IMG/VR virus record: IMGVR_UViG_3300028025_003736
Location: 1-58,123 of that record
DNA from: a virus
Taxonomy: Duplodnaviria; Caudoviricetes
Length of the DNA stretch: 58,123 nucleotides
Strand: one strand, 5' to 3'
Part shown: positions 48,133-56,419 of the stretch, piece by piece
How positions within the stretch are numbered: position 1 is the first letter of the stretch
How the letters are laid out: each line of letters opens with the position of its first letter
Made by a program: the position numbers and the translations under genes
The notes under the pieces: model-generated
Databases searched by the model: none
What the model was told of the DNA's origin: nothing
What the model saw: the letters and a program-made list of their open reading frames with translations, nothing else

Positions 48133-48164
48133 CAAAAGTAAATATACTTTTCTTATAATCCAAA
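48133..48164 (-). promoter_or_regulatory. Bacteroidetes primary-sigma promoter
   Basis: Minus strand TTTG, 20-nt spacer, TACTTTTG; ends a few nt upstream of the first hairpin. Confidence 0.75.
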
Positions 48165-48308
48165 TTTAAAATAAAAATTAGCTGTTCTGGTACAGCAAAA
48201 CCTCCCTGCTGTCTTTATTGGGTAAAAAATAAACAACACACACTGAACCCAAATATCAAGACAGCTATGTCTTGCCAACCCCGAGACAAGGGTACAAGGC
48301 TTCATACA

Positions 48309-48941
48309 TCAGTGTGCTGTAATACCTAGCTTACGGAACATAAACTTGACCTTAGTAACTAAGTACTCTATGTCATTGTCGTTATGTAACGTATAATCAA
48401 AATCGTAATTATCTAAAGCAATCTCAGATATGTGTCCATTAACTGGCTTAGAATAAGGCCTTTTAACCCTAACAACTAATCCACCGCACTTTTTTATTTG
48501 TTCGGCTTCGTTAGGGAACCTGCAGTCTGTAACAACCCAATTTGTATTGCTCTTATCAACTAGAGTATTTGTCTTACATGACATACATATAGACATAGTT
48601 GATTCTTTATTACATACTGAGCAAACCTTCTTGAAGCTTATAGACCTGTTATACTCTGATATAAGTGCATTAACCCAAGCATCTTGGTGAAGGTTGTTCC
48701 TGATGGCATCAGTGCCTAATTTCTGAAGGAAATCCCTTACGGTCATGCCGTAACCTTCTAGCGTCATTTGCTTGACTAAATGGTCCTCAAAATCACTTAC
48801 AGATAGTCCTGTCAACATGCTCGCTATTTCCTTCAGCTTGCCCGAAAACTTTTTAACATGCCATTCAGGATATAACTCACATATTGTCTTTCCAACTGCG
48901 TCTTTGCCCGAGCCTGCGTAACCTGACAATGCAATAATCAT
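48309..48941 (-). CDS. deoxynucleoside monophosphate kinase with inserted CxxC-CxxC motif
   Basis: IIALSGYAGSGKD, RDFLQKLGTD, VVTDCRFPNE, HISE. Confidence 0.85.
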   Translation of the reverse strand: MIIALSGYAGSGKDAVGKTICELYPEWHVKKFSGKLKEIASMLTGLSVSDFEDHLVKQMTLEGYGMTVRDFLQKLGTDAIRNNLHQDAWVNALISEYNRSISFKKVCSVCNKESTMSICMSCKTNTLVDKSNTNWVVTDCRFPNEAEQIKKCGGLVVRVKRPYSKPVNGHISEIALDNYDFDYTLHNDNDIEYLVTKVKFMFRKLGITAH

Positions 48942-49360
48942 ATAATTTTAATTTGTTTATCTAACCCTAATTCTTTAATAAGTCTATTGTGTATGTCTAC
49001 GATTCCATTATTTATCTCAGGGTATACTTCGCTGTATCCTTGGCATGATGCTCTATTGGAGTATAGTGTGGTGTGGTCTCTTAGTCCAAACATATTGTAA
49101 ATCTTTACAGGAGAAAGCATTTCTTTTTCCATTAGAAAGTACTGAAGCCACACCTTCTCTGTGCTATTGTTACGTCTACCCCTGGAGAACAACTTATCTT
49201 TGGCACATCCGAAGTATTCTGATATGGCAGTAGCCCATATGTCTACGGCCTGGGTGTCCCTAGTTACGGACTCGTCTACAAACCTATTGACTTTTATTCT
49301 AGTTCCATAGGTGTTTTCTATATACCTAGAGAACTCGTTGATGTCATCAATCATAGCCAT
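48938..49360 (-). CDS. second DnaA domain IV-like HTH protein
   Basis: LFSRGRR...YFL...IYNMFGLRDHTTL. Confidence 0.65.
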   Translation of the reverse strand: MAMIDDINEFSRYIENTYGTRIKVNRFVDESVTRDTQAVDIWATAISEYFGCAKDKLFSRGRRNNSTEKVWLQYFLMEKEMLSPVKIYNMFGLRDHTTLYSNRASCQGYSEVYPEINNGIVDIHNRLIKELGLDKQIKII

Positions 49361-49595
49361 CTCTTTCTTTTTTATAGTTACTTAGAATATCTGAGGCTAT
49401 TTGGTCTATGTCTTTATCAGACTCCCATCCTTTTGTTGATAGCAACATATCTATGATAACATCTCTCATTTCTGATGATATCGTCATGTACTTACTCCTT
49501 GACTTATTGACCTTTCTGAATGAAATCAATAGCTCATCTAACCTTCTCTCAAGGGTGTCTCGCTCAATCCTGAGCATGCTCTCATTTATACTCAT
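49347..49595 (-). CDS. hypothetical protein
   Basis: Coupled overlaps with neighbours. Confidence 0.55.
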   Translation of the reverse strand: MSINESMLRIERDTLERRLDELLISFRKVNKSRSKYMTISSEMRDVIIDMLLSTKGWESDKDIDQIASDILSNYKKERDGYD

Positions 49596-49807
49596 AAAAT
49601 TTGGAAATATCCGTACCCCTGGATGTCAACAATCTTTGTTGAATTAATCTTATAGAATGTAACTCTACCGTGCTTTAAAACTATAGCTCTTTGGTAAACA
49701 GCTGCCTCGGGTATGCTCTTCCAATCAAGGAAGGCAATGCACTGGGCATCTTCACCAAGTTCTAATAATATTTCACAAGCTATTTTAATTTTAAGTAAAG
49801 TCTTCAT
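49592..49807 (-). CDS. hypothetical protein
   Basis: ATGA-type overlap with the next gene. Confidence 0.5.
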   Translation of the reverse strand: MKTLLKIKIACEILLELGEDAQCIAFLDWKSIPEAAVYQRAIVLKHGRVTFYKINSTKIVDIQGYGYFQIL

Positions 49808-49961
49808 CTACTGCATTTTCTAATCGTTTCAAAGAAGAGTTGTACCCCGAGAAGAAGCAAAGCCTTATAAGAGACATAGGCACTTGCATTTCTTTAAGCG
49901 TTGGGTACTTTGTTAGGAAATCGAGGAAGTCATCCTCTACGGCTTCATGTAATTCTTTCAT
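49791..49961 (-). CDS. 56-aa hypothetical protein (not in ORF track)
   Basis: MKELHEAVEDDFLDFLTKYP...; follows the minus-strand TAACTTTG box at 49979-49986. Confidence 0.5.
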   Translation of the reverse strand: MKELHEAVEDDFLDFLTKYPTLKEMQVPMSLIRLCFFSGYNSSLKRLENAVDEDFT

Positions 49962-49983
49962 GCTTGATTGGGTTTTTGCAAAG

Positions 49984-50175
49984 TTAAATTATTCTAATTA
50001 CACTATTTACAGAATCAAAATCATCTTGATTTACTGCATTTTCAAATCCTCTTAAAGAATATACACTTCCTTCAAACTCTGAATAATTCATGAAGTCCTG
50101 GTCTGTAATATCTTGACAATTAAGACCTTCTGGGATAGATTTAATACTCATTACGTAAACTTTCATTTCTTTCAT
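49984..50175 (-). CDS. hypothetical protein
   Basis: GSVYSLRGFENAVN pattern; operon packing. Confidence 0.55.
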   Translation of the reverse strand: MKEMKVYVMSIKSIPEGLNCQDITDQDFMNYSEFEGSVYSLRGFENAVNQDDFDSVNSVIRII

Positions 50176-50786
50176 AATAGTGGGTTTATTCTATTTGGAT
50201 AAAAATCTTCATCTAATATCTTCTCATTACCTCTCATATAGCAATCGTAATTAGAACTGTATACTACCTTGTTACCATCTTTATCTTGGTACTCTACTTG
50301 AGCTTCTTTGTCTAAAAATTCTCCTTCAATTCCAATAGACAGCCCACAGAACATATCCGCTTCATCAATGTAGTCCATGGTAAAGTGCAAGTTAGGAAAC
50401 ATTTCAACAGCTTTCTTTAGCCAACCAACAGGTGGGCTCCAAGCACTATTAAAACTGCACTCTATTCTATCGATTTCATCAAGACATAAATTGAAGTCAT
50501 ATACCTCCCACTTAGTCTTCCAATTTTGCCACCTCCAATCATACCAATTATCTGCTCCATACAGCTTCTTGTATTTTTTCATACGGGTATCGTATTGCTT
50601 GTCTGTCTCTCCATCTCTTTTTGGAAGTGGTGATACATCAGCGTTCAATTCTTGTGGCATTGGATGTATCCCATTGTATTTGGCGGTATATCCTCCGTCT
50701 TTTTCAATGATAAAAACATTTCTAAAGTCTTGCACATCTTGTGCATCTCCGAAGACGCATAGGTTGTTTTCTACGTGATTTGGCAT
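50172..50786 (-). CDS. DUF1281/YubB ferredoxin-like domain protein
   Basis: MPNHVEN, WYDWRWQNWKTKW, FNSAWSPP motifs. Confidence 0.8.
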   Translation of the reverse strand: MPNHVENNLCVFGDAQDVQDFRNVFIIEKDGGYTAKYNGIHPMPQELNADVSPLPKRDGETDKQYDTRMKKYKKLYGADNWYDWRWQNWKTKWEVYDFNLCLDEIDRIECSFNSAWSPPVGWLKKAVEMFPNLHFTMDYIDEADMFCGLSIGIEGEFLDKEAQVEYQDKDGNKVVYSSNYDCYMRGNEKILDEDFYPNRINPLL

Positions 50787-50798
50787 GATGATAGTTGT

Positions 50799-51056
50799 TT
50801 AGCTTGTGAAAAATAATTCTCCATTGTTTTGAAATACTTTCTCTTGCCCTATCTCTACGATAGACACAAGTTCTCCATTTCTGATTCCATCAGAATAGAA
50901 TTTAGCATACGAATCATTTGATTCATCTAGCACCTTTAATACACTTGTTGAGTCTACTATAACACATCCATATATAGGTGTATGAGTGAAAGCTATTCTA
51001 ACCTGCGGGAAATGGTCTCTCAATAAATTCCTGTAATAACCTGTTGGTGGTCTCAT
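50799..51056 (-). CDS. hypothetical protein
   Basis: Operon packing. Confidence 0.55.
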   Translation of the reverse strand: MRPPTGYYRNLLRDHFPQVRIAFTHTPIYGCVIVDSTSVLKVLDESNDSYAKFYSDGIRNGELVSIVEIGQEKVFQNNGELFFTS

Positions 51057-51069
51057 GTGATTTGTTTTA

Positions 51070-51204
51070 TTATTTAATGTAAATTGTGAATGTAGGTCCG
51101 TAAGCTATTTGATATTCTCTTGCAAGAAATTCTGCTTCTGACTTAGTATCTGCTGTGTCTACTTGCTCTTTTCCGTACTTGCTTAGTGCTATTATTTTAT
51201 ACAT
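51070..51204 (-). CDS. 44-aa hypothetical protein (not in ORF track)
   Basis: MYKIIALSKYGKEQVDTADTKSEAEFLAREYQIAYGPTFTIYIK; A-rich start context. Confidence 0.55.
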   Translation of the reverse strand: MYKIIALSKYGKEQVDTADTKSEAEFLAREYQIAYGPTFTIYIK

Positions 51205-51219
51205 ATTATTTATTTATTA

Positions 51220-51420
51220 TTAGTTAATAAGCATTTCAACTTTCGTTGAGTGATTAAGAAATACAATGTCATCTACTTTATATCCGCACCGAAGTTCACA
51301 TTTGGTCATCTTAAACAAGTACCCATAGTCGCTAATCTCTAATAAGATTGCAGACTTTTTATATGTGTCGTTTGGGAATAGTTTAACTTCTTTTCCTATA
51401 AAATCTGTTATACTGTTCAT
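51220..51420 (-). CDS. hypothetical small beta-rich protein
   Basis: Operon packing. Confidence 0.55.
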   Translation of the reverse strand: MNSITDFIGKEVKLFPNDTYKKSAILLEISDYGYLFKMTKCELRCGYKVDDIVFLNHSTKVEMLIN

Positions 51421-51425
51421 GTTAT

Positions 51426-51689
51426 TTATATTACAGGGATTATATAATTGGTATCTCCTTGCTTGCTGTAGTGAATAGAACCTCCATCATTGCCTTCATC
51501 ATCTGCCACCGGGTATATAATAGTACCGTCATCAAGGGTAATAACTATTGGTCTACTGAACCATCCAATCTCTTCGCACTCATCTTTACTTAAATAGTTT
51601 ATAGACTGAATCTTCCTACCTACTAATACTTTGGCTGCTTTCCCAAGCCAATAATCTTTAATGTCAATCTTTGTCTTTTTTGTACTCAT
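51426..51689 (-). CDS. hypothetical phage protein
   Basis: LVGRKI...GW..RP...LDDGT.IYP..DDEGNDGG pattern. Confidence 0.65.
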   Translation of the reverse strand: MSTKKTKIDIKDYWLGKAAKVLVGRKIQSINYLSKDECEEIGWFSRPIVITLDDGTIIYPVADDEGNDGGSIHYSKQGDTNYIIPVI

Positions 51690-51704
51690 TGTTTTGAATT
51701 TTAG

Positions 51705-52142
51705 TTATTGAATATTACCGTTATCTAGCATAGAATAGTGTCCGTTACTTGTTACTATAACATGGTCAAGTAGCTTTATGTCAAGGAATGAGCAAGCGTT
51801 CTTTATCTTCTTGGTTATACTTATATCTCCATCAGATGGCTTTAAATTGCCAGATGGGTGATTGTGTTAGAGTATAATTGATGATGCTGCACATTGTAGG
51901 GCTATGGTTAATATAACCTTTGGGTCACATACAGTGCCCGAGAAACCACCTGATGAAACCTTGTGATAACCAACAACCACGTTGGCCCTGTTTAGACATA
52001 CTACCATCATCTCTTCAGTCCAATTGATTGTGTCTGCAGTGAATATACTCTTGCATATCCTAGCCACATCATCCGAGCTAGTTATAGTATGTATTTCACC
52101 CTTGCTAATATATACCTTGATTTTGATTTTTGGTAGCTTCAT
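51705..52142 (-). pseudogene. radC: RadC/JAB (MPN+) domain gene interrupted by an in-frame TAA at 51867-51869
   Basis: Reading through the stop gives ...AASSIIL*HNHPSGNLKPSDGD...IKLLDHVIV..., the complete RadC signature. Confidence 0.85.
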
Positions 52143-52153
52143 TGTTAGTTATT

Positions 52154-52417
52154 TTAAAATGATTTTGTTCTTGTCTTAAAATACGCTTTATACTGTGATT
52201 TGTTATATGCCGCCTTGATACCATTATATGTAATCGTGTTCCAAAAGTCATGCCCTTCAGGTGTATTTGCCCAATGCATTGTATTGTTTGTAGCATCACT
52301 AAATTTTTGGTACTTTGAGAAGATAGCATCTATACCTTTTTGCTCAACAACATTTCTCAAGAACCTAATCCTTAAACTTCTTGGCATAAGGTTTGAATAG
52401 TCTAGTACTGTTTTCAT
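52154..52417 (-). CDS. hypothetical phage protein
   Basis: W..TPEGHDFW motif. Confidence 0.6.
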   Translation of the reverse strand: MKTVLDYSNLMPRSLRIRFLRNVVEQKGIDAIFSKYQKFSDATNNTMHWANTPEGHDFWNTITYNGIKAAYNKSQYKAYFKTRTKSF

Positions 52418-52418
52418 G

Positions 52419-53468
52419 TTATATTATTTTAGGGTTATGGTATATTGAACATCTGTCACACAGCCCATCGCTGTTTATTGCTGACTTATCATGCACTTCG
52501 TAACAATCCCAACATGCCTTCCACTTGCTATCTGTCATAGTGTACTTGCCATTGTTGTACTCCCAGTCTGACCAATCTTTATCGTACCAATCTGTTGTGC
52601 TGCCATTAGTTGAATTATTATCGTACCATGATAGCGTCTCAATATCCTTACTTGAATCCTTTCCATATGCTATGCCATTACCACCATCCTTCCACCATGA
52701 GTAGCTTCTTCCTATTTCATGATTGCACTCATAAACATCTGTACACTTATACATTATCTCATACACCATGCGTCTACAATTCTCTACATCCTTTAATGAT
52801 ATCATCTCGTCATCACAATGTGGATTATAATAACCGCAGGACATATTCGCCACACATACTCCGATGCCATTGTCAGCGAGTTGGTATACATCCGTAAGCC
52901 CACCCATATTTTCAGAGTACCCATGTGCCTCAAGTATTGGTGCGATGTCATTGCTAAACTGTTCTGTATAGAGACTTACACCCATGATATTATACACGAA
53001 GTCACTATTACCCTTGCGGTCACATTGTAGTGCGAAGCGAACATCCTTGAAGAATTCCATGTCTGCTTCTGAGCTACCTAAGCATCCTACTTCTTCATCT
53101 ACAAAGAAAGCTGCCTTGCAATGGTCAAGGTCTCGCATCATCTGTAGTGCTATGTATATACCAACCTTGTCATCACCACCAACCCCTGTCATCTCTCTCT
53201 TGATTGGATTGTATGCAAATGCATATTCATCATCACTAATGACCGTATACTCATTGTCAGGAACAATCTTATGTACAGTGTCAAGGTGTGCTACCATACA
53301 TGGATATGTATCAGCGCTACCTTTTATGGCATAGATATTACCCGACTCGTCGTAGTCCATAGAACAACCTAACTCGAACAGCTTCTCTAAGACGAAGTCA
53401 ATCATCTTGTCGCATTTATAGGTCTCTGACTGAACCTTAAGAACTTCTAACAATAGTGGATTTATCAT
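52419..53468 (-). CDS. M28/M20-clan zinc peptidase-like protein
   Basis: VAHLDTVH, GGDDKVG, DEEVGCLGS, CDRKG, GYYNPH; C-terminal CxxC-CxxC. Confidence 0.8.
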   Translation of the reverse strand: MINPLLLEVLKVQSETYKCDKMIDFVLEKLFELGCSMDYDESGNIYAIKGSADTYPCMVAHLDTVHKIVPDNEYTVISDDEYAFAYNPIKREMTGVGGDDKVGIYIALQMMRDLDHCKAAFFVDEEVGCLGSSEADMEFFKDVRFALQCDRKGNSDFVYNIMGVSLYTEQFSNDIAPILEAHGYSENMGGLTDVYQLADNGIGVCVANMSCGYYNPHCDDEMISLKDVENCRRMVYEIMYKCTDVYECNHEIGRSYSWWKDGGNGIAYGKDSSKDIETLSWYDNNSTNGSTTDWYDKDWSDWEYNNGKYTMTDSKWKACWDCYEVHDKSAINSDGLCDRCSIYHNPKII

Positions 53469-54781
53469 GCTTCTTGATTTTGATTGTTACCTTTCCTTAC
53501 CCATTCCCCATAAATATTCTCGCAGTCACATTCTAATAGCCATCCATCAGATGTCTCAACGGCATCATCTATACATACCCAATCACCGTCAATAGTATGC
53601 ACTGCATCATCACAATGTATAGGTTCTCCGTTATTATCGTATACAATATCATCTATATGATAGTATTCACTATATTTTTCTACATATACTATGCTACTGC
53701 TATCGAGCATATAGTATGTATTTCCTATATAGATACAGTGGTCAACATAAACATTACTACCTACTTCATCTACATAGTTTGTAGGACATTCTGTATACCC
53801 AGAGTAGCTGCATCCATCATACCGATAATCTACATGTGTGCCATCACACTCTCTGATGTAGTCTCCATTTATAACATCTTCTACCTCCTCATTTAGTTCC
53901 TCATATGTTCCATCCGTACTCCTAAGCTCTCGATATTGTCCATCTGGCCGTCTATTAGATATAACTGACCCATCAAGATAATATAGTGAATCCATGTATG
54001 GGTATTCATCAAAATCCCAGTGCCTTAGTGTTACACTAGCGTAGTCACCTTCTATAGTTGACTCTCCATCAAGCATTTCAAATGAATGATGGTGGCACGA
54101 TTGACTAGCCTTATATCGTATTCCATTCTCTCTAGCAAACTTGATGAACATAGGCCTAATCTCATCCTTCCCATATATTGTATCCATACACAAACCTATG
54201 TTATCGGTCTTCCAAAGCAATGCCCTTCCAAGAACCCTATGCACAGAATCTAGGGCTACAATCATAGATACTTTGTCAGGATTTCGTCTATAGATATCAA
54301 ATGTTTCGGGGTTCATACCCCTCATACAGCTGTTTGATAAGTTACCGCCTGCATACTCAGAATAGTTTTCTCCATCATAATATAATGGTATCAAATCTCC
54401 ATTGCACACAAATAGTGAAACCTTATCACTATCTCCACCTTCTCCATCTCCATTCGCCATGACATATGAGCGTATGGCATTGGTAAACTTCTCTAACTTG
54501 GAATCATTAATGCTGAAGTCATCATACATGTATTGTGGTATAACCTTCTGTATGATACGGGCAGGCTTACCTTCTTGCCTACCTTCTCTGCGCCATCTAC
54601 CATCGTCATTTGTCATATGCTCTCTACCTGCAGGCAGGTATGAAATCATGGACCCACGCATGGTGATGTAGTCGAGTTCATCATTCTTTAAATCGCCCCT
54701 GTGGCAGTAAAGTACATTGGATACTTCGCAGTCATCGCGAAGTTCCGCAATCATCTTGCTGAAACTGTTGCTGAATACCAT
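53465..54781 (-). CDS. phage protein with SCM/GRALLW/YPYMD core and acidic Cys/His-repeat C-terminus
   Basis: NSCMR, GRALLW, MDTIY, YPYMDSL; coupled to the peptidase gene. Confidence 0.65.
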   Translation of the reverse strand: MVFSNSFSKMIAELRDDCEVSNVLYCHRGDLKNDELDYITMRGSMISYLPAGREHMTNDDGRWRREGRQEGKPARIIQKVIPQYMYDDFSINDSKLEKFTNAIRSYVMANGDGEGGDSDKVSLFVCNGDLIPLYYDGENYSEYAGGNLSNSCMRGMNPETFDIYRRNPDKVSMIVALDSVHRVLGRALLWKTDNIGLCMDTIYGKDEIRPMFIKFARENGIRYKASQSCHHHSFEMLDGESTIEGDYASVTLRHWDFDEYPYMDSLYYLDGSVISNRRPDGQYRELRSTDGTYEELNEEVEDVINGDYIRECDGTHVDYRYDGCSYSGYTECPTNYVDEVGSNVYVDHCIYIGNTYYMLDSSSIVYVEKYSEYYHIDDIVYDNNGEPIHCDDAVHTIDGDWVCIDDAVETSDGWLLECDCENIYGEWVRKGNNQNQEA

Positions 54782-54796
54782 AGTTGTGTGGTTTGG

Positions 54797-55015
54797 TTAT
54801 GAATGTTTACGTTTTTTGATTAGTCTTTGCATATACGTCCTTTCCCACTTCTTATTGTAATTATCGGCAGCCTTCATTAGTGTAAGTGTTACAAGAATCA
54901 TTACAATGGCATACCCTAGCATTGTGTGTTTATTGGTGGCAATTACTAGCAGTGGGAATATAGATGTACCGCTAACTATAACGAGTACATCAAGGACTTC
55001 GCTTCTCTTTTTCAT
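54797..55015 (-). CDS. small 2-TM membrane protein
   Basis: Two hydrophobic stretches and a basic tail. Confidence 0.55.
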   Translation of the reverse strand: MKKRSEVLDVLVIVSGTSIFPLLVIATNKHTMLGYAIVMILVTLTLMKAADNYNKKWERTYMQRLIKKRKHS

Positions 55016-55016
55016 A

Positions 55017-55163
55017 CTACCAACTTATGCCAAGTACAGCCTTTGAATGTTTGGTAATTAATTTATCCCTGCCTACTACATGTGACACTATGAATATTAG
55101 CTGAATGACTAGTGCCAGGAATACTAAGAATAAGACTGCTTTTGCTGTGTTTTCTTGTTTCAT
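55017..55163 (-). CDS. 48-aa single-TM protein (not in ORF track)
   Basis: MKQENTAKAVLFLVFLALVIQLIFIVSHVV...; fills the gap. Confidence 0.45.
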   Translation of the reverse strand: MKQENTAKAVLFLVFLALVIQLIFIVSHVVGRDKLITKHSKAVLGISW

Positions 55164-55174
55164 GTGTTTGATTT

Positions 55175-55426
55175 TTATCTTGTGAAATATAGGTATGACT
55201 CTTGAACTTCGCTTGGTTGTACTACTCTAAAGCTAAACGGACCATCCGCCCATTCTGCATTAGAATCCCACCATTCGTACACATCATCTATAGACTTAAA
55301 CTCTGCATGTCCTCCACTATGTCCTCCATCACAATCCGATGAGTCGTAGTTGATGTGAATTTTACCATATGCAATGATTTGTTTTAGCATCTCATTCTCT
55401 AGCATAAGTTTTGCAATATGTGTCAT
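55175..55426 (-). CDS. hypothetical phage protein
   Basis: SSDCDGG...AEWADGP motif. Confidence 0.6.
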   Translation of the reverse strand: MTHIAKLMLENEMLKQIIAYGKIHINYDSSDCDGGHSGGHAEFKSIDDVYEWWDSNAEWADGPFSFRVVQPSEVQESYLYFTR

Positions 55427-55437
55427 GTGAATGGGTT

Positions 55438-55836
55438 TTATTTAGCCATTTGTTTAATGTATTCTATAAATGATTGGTTATAGCTTATACCCTCATCATG
55501 ATATGACCTTCTTTGTGTATGATATACATACATCTCAAACAGTTCAATGTCATCTGTCCATGACAAGTCCACCCATTCTTCTACGTGGTCAAAAAGGTAG
55601 TTTTCCATAATCCGTCTTGCATGTTTGAAGTTATTGGCGTCTAGACTAGCATTGCCCTTTAATGATTCTGTATTTAATTTAATGAAACTCATTAGCCTTT
55701 CCAACTCGTTTATCTTATCCATTGCATCAAACAGCTTACCCTCCCTTATTGATTCTTTTGCTGATATTAATTTAAGGCTTGATGAAAGGACGTGTTCAGA
55801 TAACTCATTTGATATGTTGATGTAATACTTTGACAT
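55438..55836 (-). CDS. hypothetical protein
   Basis: 132-aa ORF in early operon. Confidence 0.55.
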   Translation of the reverse strand: MSKYYINISNELSEHVLSSSLKLISAKESIREGKLFDAMDKINELERLMSFIKLNTESLKGNASLDANNFKHARRIMENYLFDHVEEWVDLSWTDDIELFEMYVYHTQRRSYHDEGISYNQSFIEYIKQMAK

Positions 55837-55845
55837 ATGATTGGT

Positions 55846-56025
55846 TTATTTTGTTTGTGAATCTTCGAATATAGCTGTACCTGCCAATGAGAATATAATT
55901 GCAAATGCTACAAAAGCAGCTCTACCCCCAGTATCCCAGGTTGATGGGTTTGGTGCGAGTGAGATGAAGCTTACGATAGCATACAGCGAAATGGTTACGA
56001 TGCCCAATACTTTAATGAATGTGTA
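55846..56025 (-). CDS. small 2-TM membrane protein
   Basis: Two hydrophobic helices around PNPSTWDTGGR; start position uncertain. Confidence 0.5.
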   Translation of the reverse strand, partial: YTFIKVLGIVTISLYAIVSFISLAPNPSTWDTGGRAAFVAFAIIFSLAGTAIFEDSQTK

Positions 56026-56173
56026 CATGTTGTTTAGTTTTATTTTGCCCAATAATCTATTTCGTACTTAGCGTGTGATAGGGAGTCGAAGCGTACAAAT
56101 TTGCCACCTGCGTACACTTCCCACCACCCATTATCCCTCTCGTAGATAATGTAGCCATTGTGATAAACTTCCT

Positions 56174-56368
56174 TCATATTGCTCTGAATTTATCATCTGA
56201 CTTGATAGCCATTTTAAGTTTGAACAGATTGAATTGAGTGACCGCCTCCTCCTTTCCATAGTAGGAGATGAACTTCTCAAACAAAACTTTGTCCGACGTG
56301 ATAGTTGCCTTGATGCGTCTGTGCCTACGTGAGTAGACAAGTGTACCGCTTGTTGCTTGTGTTTGCAT
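56174..56368 (-). CDS. hypothetical early protein
   Basis: A-rich start context; first ORF downstream of the structured non-coding region. Confidence 0.5.
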   Translation of the reverse strand: MQTQATSGTLVYSRRHRRIKATITSDKVLFEKFISYYGKEEAVTQFNLFKLKMAIKSDDKFRAI

Positions 56369-56419
56369 GATTATTGTTGTTCAGTTTACGCTGTCCCCCG
56401 TTCTTTGGTTTATGAAATA

